Position numbers and translations under genes: made by a program
Shown here: piece after piece, positions 51,558 through 64,000 of the stretch
Layout of the letters: every line of letters begins with the position of its first letter
Numbering within the stretch: position 1 is the stretch's first letter
Source: Paragordius varius
Taxonomy: Eukaryota > Animalia > Nematomorpha
Length of the DNA: 64,000 nucleotides
Direction: 5' to 3'
Assembly (NCBI GenBank): GCA_964247055.1
Contig: OZ176056.1
Coordinates: forward strand, 2,170,001-2,234,000
The notes under the pieces: generated by a model
Seen by the model: only the letters and a program-made list of their open reading frames with translations
The model's database searches: none
Told to the model about the DNA's origin: nothing

Positions 51558-52700
51558 TAACACTGCTCAACAAGGTTTTGCACCACCCCATTATTTTTGC
51601 ATTTTCTGATACCTAATGGCATTGAAATGCCAAAACAAAAAAGAAAATTGAGGCCACCAATAAGATTTTTCCAAAATTTAATTTTAAATTTGTATTTAAT
51701 TCAAAAATATCAATCATTCCTCGTGTACATATGTTTAAATATTCAAACAAGCAAGTCGATACAAGTAATATTCCATGCATGGATAACAAATTCTAGGCAT
51801 TAAATAAGATACTAAACAAGCTAAGAGCCAAAGTATATAAAAATCTAAAAGGGGCTTATGTATAGTGTGATAGATATGGGCGGCTGCACAAGCTCTGCAT
51901 ATCCCCCAAGCGATCCTATAATTATGCCAGATATGCCAAAGATAACAAAAAGTAATCGTAAAGTCCGATAATAGAGACTTCCAATCAAAATCGTGGCAAA
52001 TTGAAATGTCAAATTAACCAATTTACAGAATAAAGTTAGATAAATTCTACAATTAAATTGAATATAAATTAGGTAAATACAAATGGTCCAACCCCATAAC
52101 AGTAAATTCTACTAAAAGTGGCTACACAACATCCATCTGAAATTCAAAATACAAAACAACCAATATTTTTAAAAAAATAAGGTATATCCACTAGGTATAA
52201 ATAAAGGATTTTTTATAAGAACCAACTCAAGAGAAAAAGTCTAATAAGTACTCGAAAGAACGAAATCTAACAAAAAAATATAGCCTATCTGAAAGCCGAA
52301 GGTTTAAACCATAGAATGCCTTTTTTAGTATTTTTTTAAAAAAATTTATATGTGTTAAAAATTCACTTGAAAAAAAAAAGACTAAATTTTGACGTTTAAG
52401 TCCGTACTATTTTTTTCTCTCTGATATTTAAATGACATATTTATATTCAAAATATATAGTTTAAAACGCTTTATTAAATGATATTAAGTTTATAATATAA
52501 TAACATTTTATTAGTTATATTTAATTTTCTCTCGATTTTCTCTTGTTTTTGAAAAATTGAAAAACCTGTAAAATAAAATTCTGATTGGCGGGATCAAAAT
52601 TTTTTTATAATTCGGTTCTAAAACACTGAAATTAGTCATAATTTAAAAAGTTTGAGTGGTGGTGCTTAAAAATGTCCAAATTTGTCGACTAGTGTAATTG
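51558..52700 (-). mobile_element. Inverted copy 2 of the 10795-12165 element (internally deleted)
   Basis: Reverse-complement similarity over ~1.1 kb; lacks most of the part corresponding to ~11800-12060. Confidence 0.8.
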
Positions 52701-53916
52701 ATTATAACAAATAAACAGTTACTTTTTTATTATTAATAAAAGGATGCAAAAAATAAAAATGCATTTTTTGCGTTTATATAGCTTAATATTGTGTGAAAAT
52801 GATTCTAATTCAAAAAACAGATAATTAAATTATAAATTAACATGAAGTAATATCAATATCATTTTTAAGTTTACAAATTACATATAGTATAAAAACGACA
52901 TAACACTGCCATAATATATCGATTAGGTAATAGAATATTTTTTAACATAAACATTTTCCCATAGGGTATTTGGTGAATATTAATTTATAAATTCAAGGTT
53001 TTTATAAAAATAATTGATTACATATTCAATATATTTAAAAATAATAAAATTATTTTTGCTTTAAAAATGTATTTCTTATAAAAAAAACTTTAGATATGAA
53101 AAAATCTTTTCATAATAATTTTATTTTCATTTTTCTGTTATTAATTTTAATCCGTTTCGATGCGATTGACACACAAATTATATTTCAGCAACCTGCATTC
53201 GTAAATCCTTATGCCCCTATAAGTAACATAAACATTACGTTAAATTAATAACAATTCATTATATATATATCATAAAAAACTGATAATTCCAGAACATTTA
53301 AAATTCACCCTAAAAAAATTTGTATTTTCAAAAAATATTTTTTTATAATTTTTGATTTTTTGTAAAAGTAAGTCGTTGTTTAAATCAAAATAAGATGGAA
53401 ATAATGAAAAACTATGCCATAAATCAATATTAAGTTAAATTAGCCCAACGAAATTTTACGGGTAAATTGGAAATGTTTAAGGGTGAATTTGCAATGTTCA
53501 AGTTTCGAAGTGTTCAAGAGTGATATTGAAGTTTAAATGGTATTTATTAAAAAATCAACATATGAAATAATATTATTTATATAAGTTTGGTTAATTCATG
53601 TTTAATTTTTTAATAATGATTTGGGGAGAATTATTATTGAGTGCTATTCAATCAATAAGCAACAAAGAATTGATATTTAATTTTTTAACATAACACCATA
53701 TAAGCGAAAAACGCTAATTTAAATTGCGCACAATATGGTGCTCTTTTTGGGGAAAAGAATTTGTCATTTTCGATAAACAAAAATATTCCGTTACTGTTAT
53801 TACGCAAATAGCATAGGTGCAAAAAATTCCTTTATATCGTAAAAACTCTATTCTCATATCGCAAAATTTTGGTAGCCAGAAAATTTATTGCGTCCACAAA
53901 AATAAAATAACCTGTT

Positions 53917-53919
<3 letters not shown>

Positions 53920-53949
<30 letters not shown>
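53920..53949. repeat. (TA)n microsatellite at the left end of a TIR element
   Basis: Perfect TA run. Confidence 0.95.
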
Positions 53950-53954
<5 letters not shown>

Positions 53955-53957
<3 letters not shown>

Positions 53958-55023
53958 TCTGATAGGAAAATGTATCAGGATAATCATAATGCTTTTGGAT
54001 TTGGTTATATGAAAATTTTATACACTTTTGTGTTAAGTACTCCATAGAATTGAGCACATTTTCGCAAAAAAATTTTTGGATGAAGGTTAATGCTTTATTT
54101 CAAAATACACTAAAACATATCATAAACTACCTATAACAAACATTATTTTAAATTTTTAGATGAAAGCTTGATCTAAGTTTTTTCGCTCTTCTGAAATAGG
54201 TTCTTTAAAAAATGCAAATGCCGCGATGGCGCGATAAAATTTTGACATCAAACGGTATTTAGTTTTTAAAATTAAATTTTTAGTAAATTTTGTTGAAACG
54301 GAGGTACTTAATCTTTTTTTAGGCATGGAAACGGTATCTCTTTTTTTCTATATAATTTGAGGATCTGAACATTTCTATAGCTTTAGAATGTTAATTTAGA
54401 GGTTTGTTTAGTTTTAAATGATGTTAAATTTTTATAAAATACTCAATTTATATTTGAGATAATATTAATGATGAACGATTTTTGAAACAAAATTCTGAGA
54501 TGATAGAAATATTCAGTATCATTAAATTATATAGAAAAGTGTTTTTATAATATCTAAAAGCGTTTTAATACTGTTTCCATCATGCTTAAAAATATGAAAT
54601 ACGCTTCAACAAAATTTTGCTAAACATTAATTTTTGTAAAAAATATGCCTTTTTAGAAAATATATGTTTAGATGTCAAAATTTAGCATATATTTTAAATT
54701 TTTAACGCAATCAGAGTATTTTGCGTTTATTTAAATAAAACCAGATCACTAAGAAGAGCGAAAAATTTTGGGTGAAGCCCACATTTAAAATATTTTAAAA
54801 ATATTGTTTTGCTTTTTATAGGTACTTTATGATATATTTTAGTGATTATTTTTGGAATGCACCATTTAGCTTTCATCAAAAAAATTTACAAAAAGCGTAC
54901 TTAAATTTTGCAATTTACCATGGAGCACCTACTACAAAAATGTAAAAAAGTTTTCTTATATAACTCCTATGGGCCAAAACCAAAAGCACCACCATAATCC
55001 TGATACATTTTCCTATCAGAATA
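53955..55023. mobile_element. ~1.07-kb non-autonomous TIR element with long imperfect arms, flanked by TA runs
   Basis: Perfect 26-bp terminal inverted repeat TATTCTGATAGGAAAATGTATCAGGA / TCCTGATACATTTTCCTATCAGAATA; imperfect arm similarity continues for ~350 bp. Confidence 0.85.
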
Positions 55024-55149
55024 TATATATATCATCAGGTTTATTTTGTTATAATTCTCGATATATTGTATTACCAATCGGTCAAAAAGGTATGTATTGT
55101 ACCAATTTATACAAAATTTAAAAGGTTAGCACATACTTATACATTTTAT

Positions 55150-55460
55150 GATACAGTTTATAAACAAGATTTGAATGTTTGTGTATTTTAAATATAATTT
55201 TTGACTTGTTAACAAGTCTTTAACAATTATTATTAACAACACCTACAATAATAGTAGTACAATTTATAAGAATTATCAGATCATTTCAAACAATACAAGT
55301 AACATATAAAGATAAATAAAAAAAATATATAAATTTTTATTTACAAAACTAGGGTGCCCTATTCCACAATGCCTTCCGCCATGCGCTTTATTTCGAACAG
55401 CCTCCTGTCCAATTTGTCAATGCCCCCGAGGTATGATTTGTCTTTTGTTTTGACCTGTTT
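55150..55460 (-). pseudogene. piggyBac-like transposase C-terminal remnant
   Basis: SYLGGIDKLDRRL resembles the YN..MGGVD..D motif around the third catalytic Asp; a frameshifted AWRKALW follows, and SNLVYKLY lies further downstream. Confidence 0.45.
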
Positions 55461-55832
55461 TAAAAAACTTACCCTTCAACAGATAATGGTGAATTTCGAT
55501 TGAAATGATACGGCAAAAATGTAAAAATATAAAAACAAATAATATTTTTAAAAGACAGCCAACTGTTTTAACATTATTTTTTTATAGCTCATTTTTATTG
55601 GTCACAATCCATCATGTTTTGAATGTAATCAAATAATATATGTGGGAAAAATTAAGTTTTAAAAATGTATGGGTAGTCTTTATTATTTCCATGTTTTGTC
55701 TGTAAAATCTACTTTTTACTATATGGTTTTTTTATAATAATATCCTAGACAAAAAATTGAAATAAAAGTGAATTCATGATATGATAGATATATTTTTTAG
55801 TTTTGGTAACAATTTGTTAAAATGTTTTAAAC

Positions 55833-56020
55833 CAGGGGTGTCCAACAGAATGGTTTCATGGGCCACATTTAAATAATATGTGATTTTTTTACTAATAATT
55901 TCTATCGTACTTAATTGGGAAAAAGTTCAAAAAATTGAAAGTTTTATCAGCCTATTTTTTACAAATTAGTGGTTTTGTCGTTTTTATTTGGGAATTGTCG
56001 TACAAAAATCGCGGACCCTG
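55833..56020. mobile_element. hAT MITE with perfect 8-bp TSD
   Basis: CAGGGGTGTCCAAC ... CGCGGACCCTG, flanked on both sides by TTTTAAAC. Confidence 0.85.
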
Positions 56021-56833
56021 TTTTAAACTAAAATTTTTAATATGCTTTATCTTGTTTTTTAAATAAATTAATGATAGGATGCCCGCCCTGCCCACCTGGG
56101 TGCAGACCACGTTGGGGGCTTTTTGCGCTTCGATGTCCTAGATGCATATGTCCTGGACCAAGTACATTAATTTAAGAAATAAAGTTTTGCGAATATATTT
56201 TTTTGTTTGAAATATATATGTCTATATATATCTTCCTATTTAGTTTTATGGGGATGAAACTACCTGGGAATGGTCCAAACATATTGGAAGAAAGGACAAA
56301 AATATTATTACGCACTTATAAGATGTCGATTGATTTAGTTTTAAATTAAATACATTTAAACATTATTACCTATTTATATGTTAGAGTTAAAGGACAGTCG
56401 TTAACAAAAGCTATTTTTCTCTTATTAACAATAGATACTTATGCAATATAATGTATAGGAGTTCTCCATTTTAATAAATTTTTAGCATTAAAATCTCTGT
56501 AAATTTAATTCACACTCTTTATTGTCACAATTACTAAAGTTTAAGAATCTTACATATATTAACTAATGCGCTTTGAACTCAAAAATAAATTAAAAATGAG
56601 CCAAGATTACTTAAACAAAATAACAACTCAATTAGAAATAAAATTTTAAACAAGAAAATGGGTTTTGGAACCAGAAACAGTTCTGATGATTTCTATTTTA
56701 GATGCACAAATGTGGTTCCCCATATGTTTTTTGATTAAAAGAAGCTAATAGATTGTTTCAGCTGCAATATAATTATTTTAGCATATTTGATCGCTATAGA
56801 TGAAAATCAAAAAAATCTCTAAAGCTTTTATTT

Positions 56834-57100
56834 CAAGGGTGTTTAAAACGTGGCCCTCCACCATATTTCTGTAGCCCGCGAGAAATTTCAATAAAAAATT
56901 TTACTAAATCTAAGTAAAATTAATTTTCTGAATAAATATTTCAAATTTTGCCAATGAACTAGCAAAAAAAATTAAAAATGGTAGTTTTTACAATCTTTGG
57001 TTTAAAATCTAAAAAATATTTTTTATTATATTTTGCGACTGTGGCATGCCGGATTTTTTTTATTAAAAACTCGTGAAGCCATTTGTGTTGGACACCCCTC
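56834..57100. mobile_element. hAT MITE (same family as 14457-14726)
   Basis: CAAGGGTGTTTAAAAC ... GCCATTTGTGTTGGACACCCCTC; flanks TTTTATTT / TTTTAGTT (7/8 match). Confidence 0.75.
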
Positions 57101-58258
57101 TTTTAGTTACACGTTCCGATTAAAACGGTAAAAATTAATTATGTTTAGGGGAAATAAAAAGTGTTATATTGGTTTTTAAGAATTAAAAAATTTCATTTTA
57201 TTACCACATTTGCCAGTTTTTTAGATTATAAATATATGGGAAAGCACACCTAAATTATGTAATATGATTATTAAAATATCTGATTTACTGTTTCTAATTT
57301 ATAATGAATTGTCTGAAGATCGGGGCTTTAATGGCTAAATTTTATTTCAGTTTTGAATGTTAAACTACGGAGATGCTGACAAAACATTTTTAAGCTTATA
57401 TAAAATTTAAAAAAAAATTTACAATTTTTAAATACAAAGTTTATTTTCCATAGGTAATGTGCATAATTAATGAAATCAAGGTTTTTTTAAAACTAATTAA
57501 TTTTTGTTTCAAAAATTAGAAAAATTTATATTGAGATTCAAAATGTTTTCCCATAAAAATTGACATGAAAAAATTGTTTTATTATCGTAAGAAATTTATT
57601 TTAATCCTTCTTTTTGTCCATTTTTGTGCGATTGATTAACAATCCATATTTTAACAACCTGCATATGTTAACCCTTATGCCCCGATAAGTACTTTTATTA
57701 AGTTTTTATTCATTGTTCATTGCGACTATTAAATGACGTTGTAGTCTTCAGAGCTTTTAAGAGACCATTTTAAAAGTTGTTTTTGTTAAAATAATTATAC
57801 TTATATAATAAAAAAGTTTTTGTTTTTTAAAGTTTTTTAATTATACAGAGTAAATTTTACATAAATTTCAAATCCCAAAATAATAAAATATCAATATATA
57901 TATATAGCACATGTATTAAAAGCATTTAAAAATAAATTTTATGTTTTAAAACATATTATAATATGCCAGGTACTTAAGCGATTTAATTAAAATTTACAGT
58001 AAAAATTGAAATTATATGGACAAAACGTAAATATAAAAGACAACCATACTTTTTACATCTTTGATTTTAACTCATTGTTTTAAATTCTAAATAAAAATAG
58101 AGATATATATTGGTAACATAATCAATTATCTATTTTAGGCTTGTTATTAAATATTTAACTAGGATTAATTTAGATTTTAAAAATTATGGTTGCCTTTTAG
58201 AAAAAAGTATTTGTCTTTATATTTTAAAGTTTTGTCCCTATAATTTTAATTTTAACTG

Positions 58259-58280
58259 TATATATATATATATATATATA
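58259..58280. repeat. (TA)n microsatellite
   Basis: Perfect TA run. Confidence 0.93.
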
Positions 58281-58512
58281 ATATATGCATTTGTTGGTGG
58301 TAAAAAATTGAGATGAAGCTTCAGAATATTATAATTTTCTATATTTTAACATCGTTCTGGGATACAATGATATCACAAAAACGGTTAAGAAGTGTTAATA
58401 TGTATAAAGTAAAAGGAGAAGTTTAAATTTTTTACGATTTTCAGGAAATATACAAATTAAAAATTTACTCAATTTAAACAAGCGTATTATTAGTTCAAAA
58501 AATAAGTTTCCT

Positions 58513-59052
58513 TTAACACTTCGATTCAAAATGGGGTATCTAAATACCCCAGACTCATTTTGAGTTAGGATTTTTAAAAAACTACTGAAGGAAACGGTCC
58601 AAATTAAAGTTTATGCTTTTACCCTAATATAAATTATATAAATATGCCAAAATACCCAATTAAAATTTAGTTTTGAAAAAAAAGATCCATGTCAAACTAC
58701 TTCGACGCCAATATTACAAAATTTTTGCAAAATATCGTGGTCATTTAATTTTAAGGGTAAGATTTAAGCTAATTTATTTAAATTACATCTAACATTGGTT
58801 GAAATAGAAAAAGCGGTTTATTTTGTATTATTGTTCAATTTTACCATTGCACACATGTCAGTTTGACTAAATTTTTACCTTTCGGTTTTAGCTTAAATAA
58901 GTAACATCAAGTATTTTTGAAATTTTTCTTATATATTTTGGTTTATTATTGTTATATAAGTGCAATTTGCCATTTTAATACCTAACATATTTTTTAAAGA
59001 ATTTAAACAGGTCTAGGGTATTTAAATACCTCAATTTGAATCGAATGACTAA
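58513..59052 (+). mobile_element. piggyBac-type MITE, copy 2
   Basis: TTAA-CACTTCGATTCAAAATGGGGTATCTAAATACCCCAGAC ... GTCTAGGGTATTTAAATACCTCAATTTGAATCGAA (~35-bp TIR). Confidence 0.75.
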
Positions 59053-59150
59053 AATGAAGAGTGCACCATATGATGTTGCATAAAATATTCATAGACAACA
59101 GAGTTTAAATATCTATAAATAAAAAAAATATATCAAAAACTTAAAGACAA

Positions 59151-60375
59151 AGATTGTTTTTGTTTTTTATGTTAGTATTTCAGACATATAAGGTAAATTG
59201 CCGTTTTTAATAAATTAGTCAAATTTAATTTTTTTGTTTTTTTGGTTTTGCATTGTTAATTTAATTACTACATATTTTGGACATTTTAATAAATACAGGT
59301 AAAATTGCGGTATTAAATAAATTTATACAAATTTAAATTGTATTTAATATTTTTGACATACAATAATAAAGACAGGTAAAAGTCAAAGTTTTTCGGTTTT
59401 ATATGTAATTATAAATACCCACCAATAAAAATAATCTATATTCATATAAAACATCGCTGAAAATAACATTTTTGAATTTTTTATTGAAGAAAATATTTTT
59501 TTGCAAATTTAGTTGAATTTTATAAATTCATCCCAGAAAATGATGTTGATTGTAATTTTCTGAATTATTTATTCCTATCGATTTTTTGGCATCTCATAAT
59601 ATTAAATTTAAGTTATGATCACCATGAACGCACACCGCATCGTATATCAATATTAGAATTATCAAAATTACTTGTATTAATATCAATAAGATTACTAAAT
59701 TCAAACAATGCTTCCAACATTAATTTTTGACCTATATTATAATAATACATTTATATATAAATGTATTTATCTATGATCAAAAATTATTTCCCTATTTTTC
59801 ATAGCTTTTGAATGTCTTATAGAGGGTGATTAAAAAATATCGGTGAGTATATTTTGCGTGACTTAATTAGTAGTTTAAACCTCTAAAATTTTTGATTTAA
59901 ATATATTTATTGCATCTATACAGCGATGTTTTATGTGAATATATATTATTTTTATTGGTGGGTATTTATAATTACATATAAAACCGAAAAACATTGACTT
60001 TTACCTCTCTTTATTATTGTATGTCAAAAATATTAAAAACAATTTAAATTTGACTAAATTTATTAAATACCGCAATTTTTACCTGTATTTTTAAAAATGT
60101 CAAAAATATGTAATAATTAATTACAATTAACAATGCAAAACCAAAAAAAACAAAAAATAAATTTTTACTAAATTTATTAAAAACCGGAATTTTTACTTGT
60201 ATTTATTAAAATGTCATTATGTAGTAATTAATTACAAATAATAATGTTAAATAAGAAACAAAAAAATAAATTTGAAATTAATTAAAAACCGCAATTTTTA
60301 CCTGATTAAAATGTCTGAAATATTTAAAAAATTATTAATAATTAACAATGAAAAACATAAAAAACAAAAACAATC
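59151..60375. mobile_element. Foldback element with long arms containing ~110-bp tandem subrepeats
   Basis: Left arm 59151-59460 is the reverse complement of right arm 59921-60375 (e.g. TATAAATACCCACCAATAAAAATAAT / ATAAAACATCGCTG). The right arm has an extra subrepeat. Confidence 0.88.
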
Positions 60376-60389
60376 TAAAATCTACTAAA

Positions 60390-62060
60390 ATTTTTACAAA
60401 TCACAACTCCAAAAATCTGGGGAACATAAGCAACACGGATAATGTAATGTTAATAAATAAAAATGAAATTATCAAACTCTGGGAAGAATTCGGTACTTCT
60501 CTTTATCATGTCGACTCTAGTCCACATTCATCCATCGGCACATTCCTTAAAGCTTCTGAACTTGATCGCCCAATTTTACCTGATGAAGCTCAATACGCCT
60601 TAAAACAATTTTCATCCTCCAACTCTTAGGTTACAATGATTTTCCAATAAAATTCTACACACGATCCCCCTCTACTTCTTAACTGATCTTTTACAAAAAG
60701 TTTTTCAAACCTGTATTTGGCCGGATGATTGGATTAAATCTTTTCTCCTACCCTTTTTTAAAAAGGGAAATCCCCATCTTTGTCAGAACTATAGAATGAT
60801 CGCGATTACTAATAAACTATCCAAACTTCTTCTCAAGATTATACTCAAAAGAATCTCATCCTCGCTGGACTATGAAATATCTGAGGCGCAGGCTGGCTTT
60901 AGAGCAAAGAGAAACACTACTAATCACATAGTTAATCTTAATACAATAATTCGAAGATACAATGAATTTGGGAAAAGTCTATACTGCTGCTTTTGAGACT
61001 TCAGTATGGCATTTGATACAGTCAACCACGACTGCCTATGGAGCATATTAAGATCCTCCGGAGTTTCCCCGCACATAATACTCTTGCTTCAATCGCTGTA
61101 TTCTAGACAAACAGCTGCGATTAAAACCCAATTCGGTCCCACCTACTGGTTTTCTATTCTCAGAGGTGTGAGACAAGGATGTGTCCTTTCTCCCCTCCCA
61201 TTTAACTTATACAGAGAAACATTAATACGCAATTGTAACTTTCCCCAACATATTGGGGCACGGATCGGTGGTCTTACTATTTCCAATCTCCGGTACGCCG
61301 ACGACACCATTCTCTTGTCGGAATCCACACGGACATGACCTATCTTTTAATCACCATCGAAGCAAGTAAAATAATGATCCTAAACGCTCCACAACTACCA
61401 TTTACAATCAATAACTCCCCCATCGAACAAACCGATCACTGTAAATATTTAGGCTCCATATTTACATCCGACGGTAGCTCGGATCCCGACATACGAGCGC
61501 GGCTAGCATTGGGACGTGCTACTATGGGTAAACTGACCAAAATTTGGAACTCGTCAATCATAAGACTTCCAACCAAACTTGCCATCCTGAAGGCGATGAT
61601 ATACCCCGTGGCAATTTATGGGTCCGAATCATGGATATGCAAATCCATTGACAAAGCCCGCATAAACTCTTTTCAAATGTGGTGCTTTCGAATATTGAGA
61701 ATCTCCTGGAAAACCCACATCTACAATTCTTATATCCTCAACCTCATCAAACCCGAATTTTTACTTCACGATTTAATAATCTTTAAACAGCTAAAACATC
61801 TGGGTCATATCCTGCGATCCGACTCGCTAGAAAAAAGCATACTCTTTGGGTTGGTAGATGGCACCCGCAGAAGGGGCCATCCCAAAAAGCGATGGATCGA
61901 CATGCTTAAATCAATAACAAACCGAACTTTTCTTCTGTTTAGAGAATCACAGGATCGTCAAAAATGGAGAACACTAATTTATGAGAAAGTTAAGAGTCAC
62001 TACATGACTAGCTTAAAACAACAACAATAACAACTAATAGAATAACAATACCAATTTTGA
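60390..62060 (+). mobile_element. 5'-truncated, inactivated RTE-clade non-LTR retrotransposon (RT domain)
   Basis: WPDDW..PFFKKGN..CQNYR, QAGFR, AFDTV, GVRQGCVLSP, LRYADD, YLGS, GTRRRGHPKKRWID; no RNase H; (CAA)n-like 3' tail at ~62018. In-frame TGA at 60994-60996 and frameshifts at ~60630-60710 and ~61335. Confidence 0.92.
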
Positions 62061-62399
62061 TTACCACAGGTATTTATCATGTTAAGAAATGTAGATTATT
62101 AAATTTAATAAGGAATAATAACATAAATAATCTTAAAATACCTATTTTACTATTTATTAATTTATTAAAGATAAAACCCACAAAATAACAACAATATTTC
62201 TAAATTGCTATAATATTATCAAAATTTAACATTACAAAATATCCATCAAATTAAAGCCTATGTTAATTCTCACGTCAATCCTCTTTCATATATTAATTTT
62301 GTGGATCAGCATTTTACGCATTTGATGAACCATTTATGTTATTTGACTGGCAATAGAATTACTTAACATACATTAAAAATTTACTTAGTAACTCATTGA

Positions 62400-63900
62400 A
62401 ATAACCCCCTCTACTAAAATATTTTTTTAAGGGGTAATATATATTTTAAACCCTTATTGAATTCACATAGTCCCATAGATTTTCTGAAATTTGGCTTCAA
62501 AGGCATGCTGTATCAAGGCAGTTTTACGCGGGTAGCCTACCAGGGGCGAGACATGATTAATTCCATATGATCTTGCGGGATTTTCGAAAAATTGCCTCAA
62601 AACCAAAAAGTCATTCTATGATGGGGCATTCAGGGAAAGGGCCTGATTAAAGGGTAATTTAATAAAAACGCTTTATTTAAATTTTGCCTTTTTACGGGTA
62701 ATATTTCAAGCCCTTATTGAACTCATATGGCCTGATATGTTTTATAAAATTTGCCTCCAAAGTCACGCTGTAATATGGTGGCGCAGTTATAGGCTGGTAG
62801 CCCCTTACCCAGGAGCCAATATAATAAAGGCGTTTGATAAAGGGTTTTTGCCTTAGTGGAATATCTGGACTCATTCAATTTCTTAACGTTTTTGGAAGAA
62901 TTGCCTCAAAACTAAATAATAGTTCAATAGAGCATTATTTAGGGCTCAAAGGGCCTAATCAACGGCTAATTTAAAAAAACCGCTCGACTTAAATTTTTGC
63001 TTTATTGGTAATATTTCAGGCCCTTATTAAACTTTCATGGCCTGATAAGTTTTCTGAAAATTCTTAACAACGCAATTTCGACATGGGGGCGTAGTTGTAA
63101 GCGGGTAGCTCCCTACTCAGAGGCTGATACAAAAAAAGCCCTTGATTAAAATTTTTGCCTTTTTACAGAAAATAATTGGAATCATGATTGATTCCATATG
63201 CTCTCATTAGTTTTCGGAAAAATTGCCTCAAAACATAAATTTTTCTATGGTGGCATATTTTTCAGGGCGTGAAGGGCCTAATTAACGGTTAATTTTAAAA
63301 AACCCCACGGCATAAATTTTTGCCTTGTTACGGGTAATATTTTAAGCAGCTATTGAACTTATATGGCATGATAGGTTTTCTGAAATTTAGCCCCAAAGGC
63401 ACGCTATTTAGATAAAACGGGGCAGTTTTAACGGGTAACTTCCTACCCAGCAGTTATCATCAAGGAAACGCTTGACTAAAATTTTTGCCTTTTAACAGGG
63501 AATACGTGGAATCCTTATTGAATTTTTACGGTCTCATACCTTGGGCGAAAAATAGATTTAAAATATTATTTTTGTGGACTTTGTTTTTTAAGAAATGGCA
63601 TTTTAGGGGGGGAGCGGGTAAAAAGAGGGCCTAAATTTAAAAGGCGAGCCGACAATGTTCGGCGCAATCGAAAATATTTAAAAAAAATCATATTTGAAAT
63701 CAAATGGTCCAAGACATTCTCCGAAAAATTGTCTCAAAGACACGATTTTTTGGACTTTTTTTTCAAAAAAACCGTTTTTTACATGGGGCGGGCCCGAACT
63801 GGGGACCTAATTACACTTAATGATTATATTTTTTCGATGTTTGGATTTGAATGGGTCTACCGGTTTTCCGGAAACAGATCACAAAGCCACCACTTTCCAT
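62400..63900. repeat. GC-richer element with old diverged tandem subrepeats (~260-330 bp)
   Basis: CCCTTATTGAAyTCAyAT.G.CCyGATA-like motif at ~62451, 62711, 63019 and 63350; AAATTGCCTCAAAA and AAATTTTTGCCTT recur. The distal end matches 44870-45120 inverted. Confidence 0.75.
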
Positions 63901-63961
63901 CTTTATAAATATATAGATTACCGTTTATTAACACTGGTAATGTTATGGCGTTGGTCTAATA

Positions 63962-64000
63962 CAGGGGTGTCAAACACGCGGCCAAAAATTGGAAATCCAT
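63962..64000. mobile_element. Left end of a hAT MITE (truncated by the window edge)
   Basis: CAGGGGTGTCAAACACGCGGCC, same end type as 55833. Confidence 0.6.

Noticed and set aside
55455-55472. 18-nt GTAAGT...CAG segment as a tiny intron in the piggyBac remnant
   Set aside because: The upstream frame has a stop immediately before it and the element is degenerate, so splicing cannot be inferred.
60990-61010. In-frame TGA in the RT suggesting a variant genetic code or readthrough
   Set aside because: The same element has independent frameshifts, so it is simply decayed; host genes translate cleanly with the standard code.

Overview
Very AT-rich eukaryotic genomic DNA, probably from an animal (kappaB-Ras-like gene, RTE/hAT/piggyBac elements, standard code); the taxon cannot be assigned from the sequence. 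The ORF track is misleading, because the real genes are cut into tiny pieces and were reconstructed here by hand. (1) A kappaB-Ras/NKIRAS-like small GTPase gene (minus, 44435-43656, ~209 aa) has six GT-AG introns, all only 21-29 nt long. (2) An aldo-keto-reductase-fold gene (plus, 49086-50792, ~312 aa) has 24-32 nt introns plus two ordinary ones, and its catalytic tetrad is degenerate. It sits head-to-head with a 109-aa ORF whose ATG is 57 bp away. (3) A candidate micro-exon gene (minus, ~10650-3048) is built from about 24 symmetric phase-1 exons of 6-48 nt encoding an acidic, low-complexity protein, reminiscent of schistosome MEGs. A 17.6 kb satellite array (159-167 bp monomer, 20627-38215) shows a succession of higher-order repeats. 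A second array ends at position 480 with the same ~540 bp right flank, and both flanks are followed by hAT transposase remnants. The rest is MITEs, foldbacks, a dead RTE LINE and (TA)n tracts. All splice models are manual inferences and need RNA-seq confirmation.
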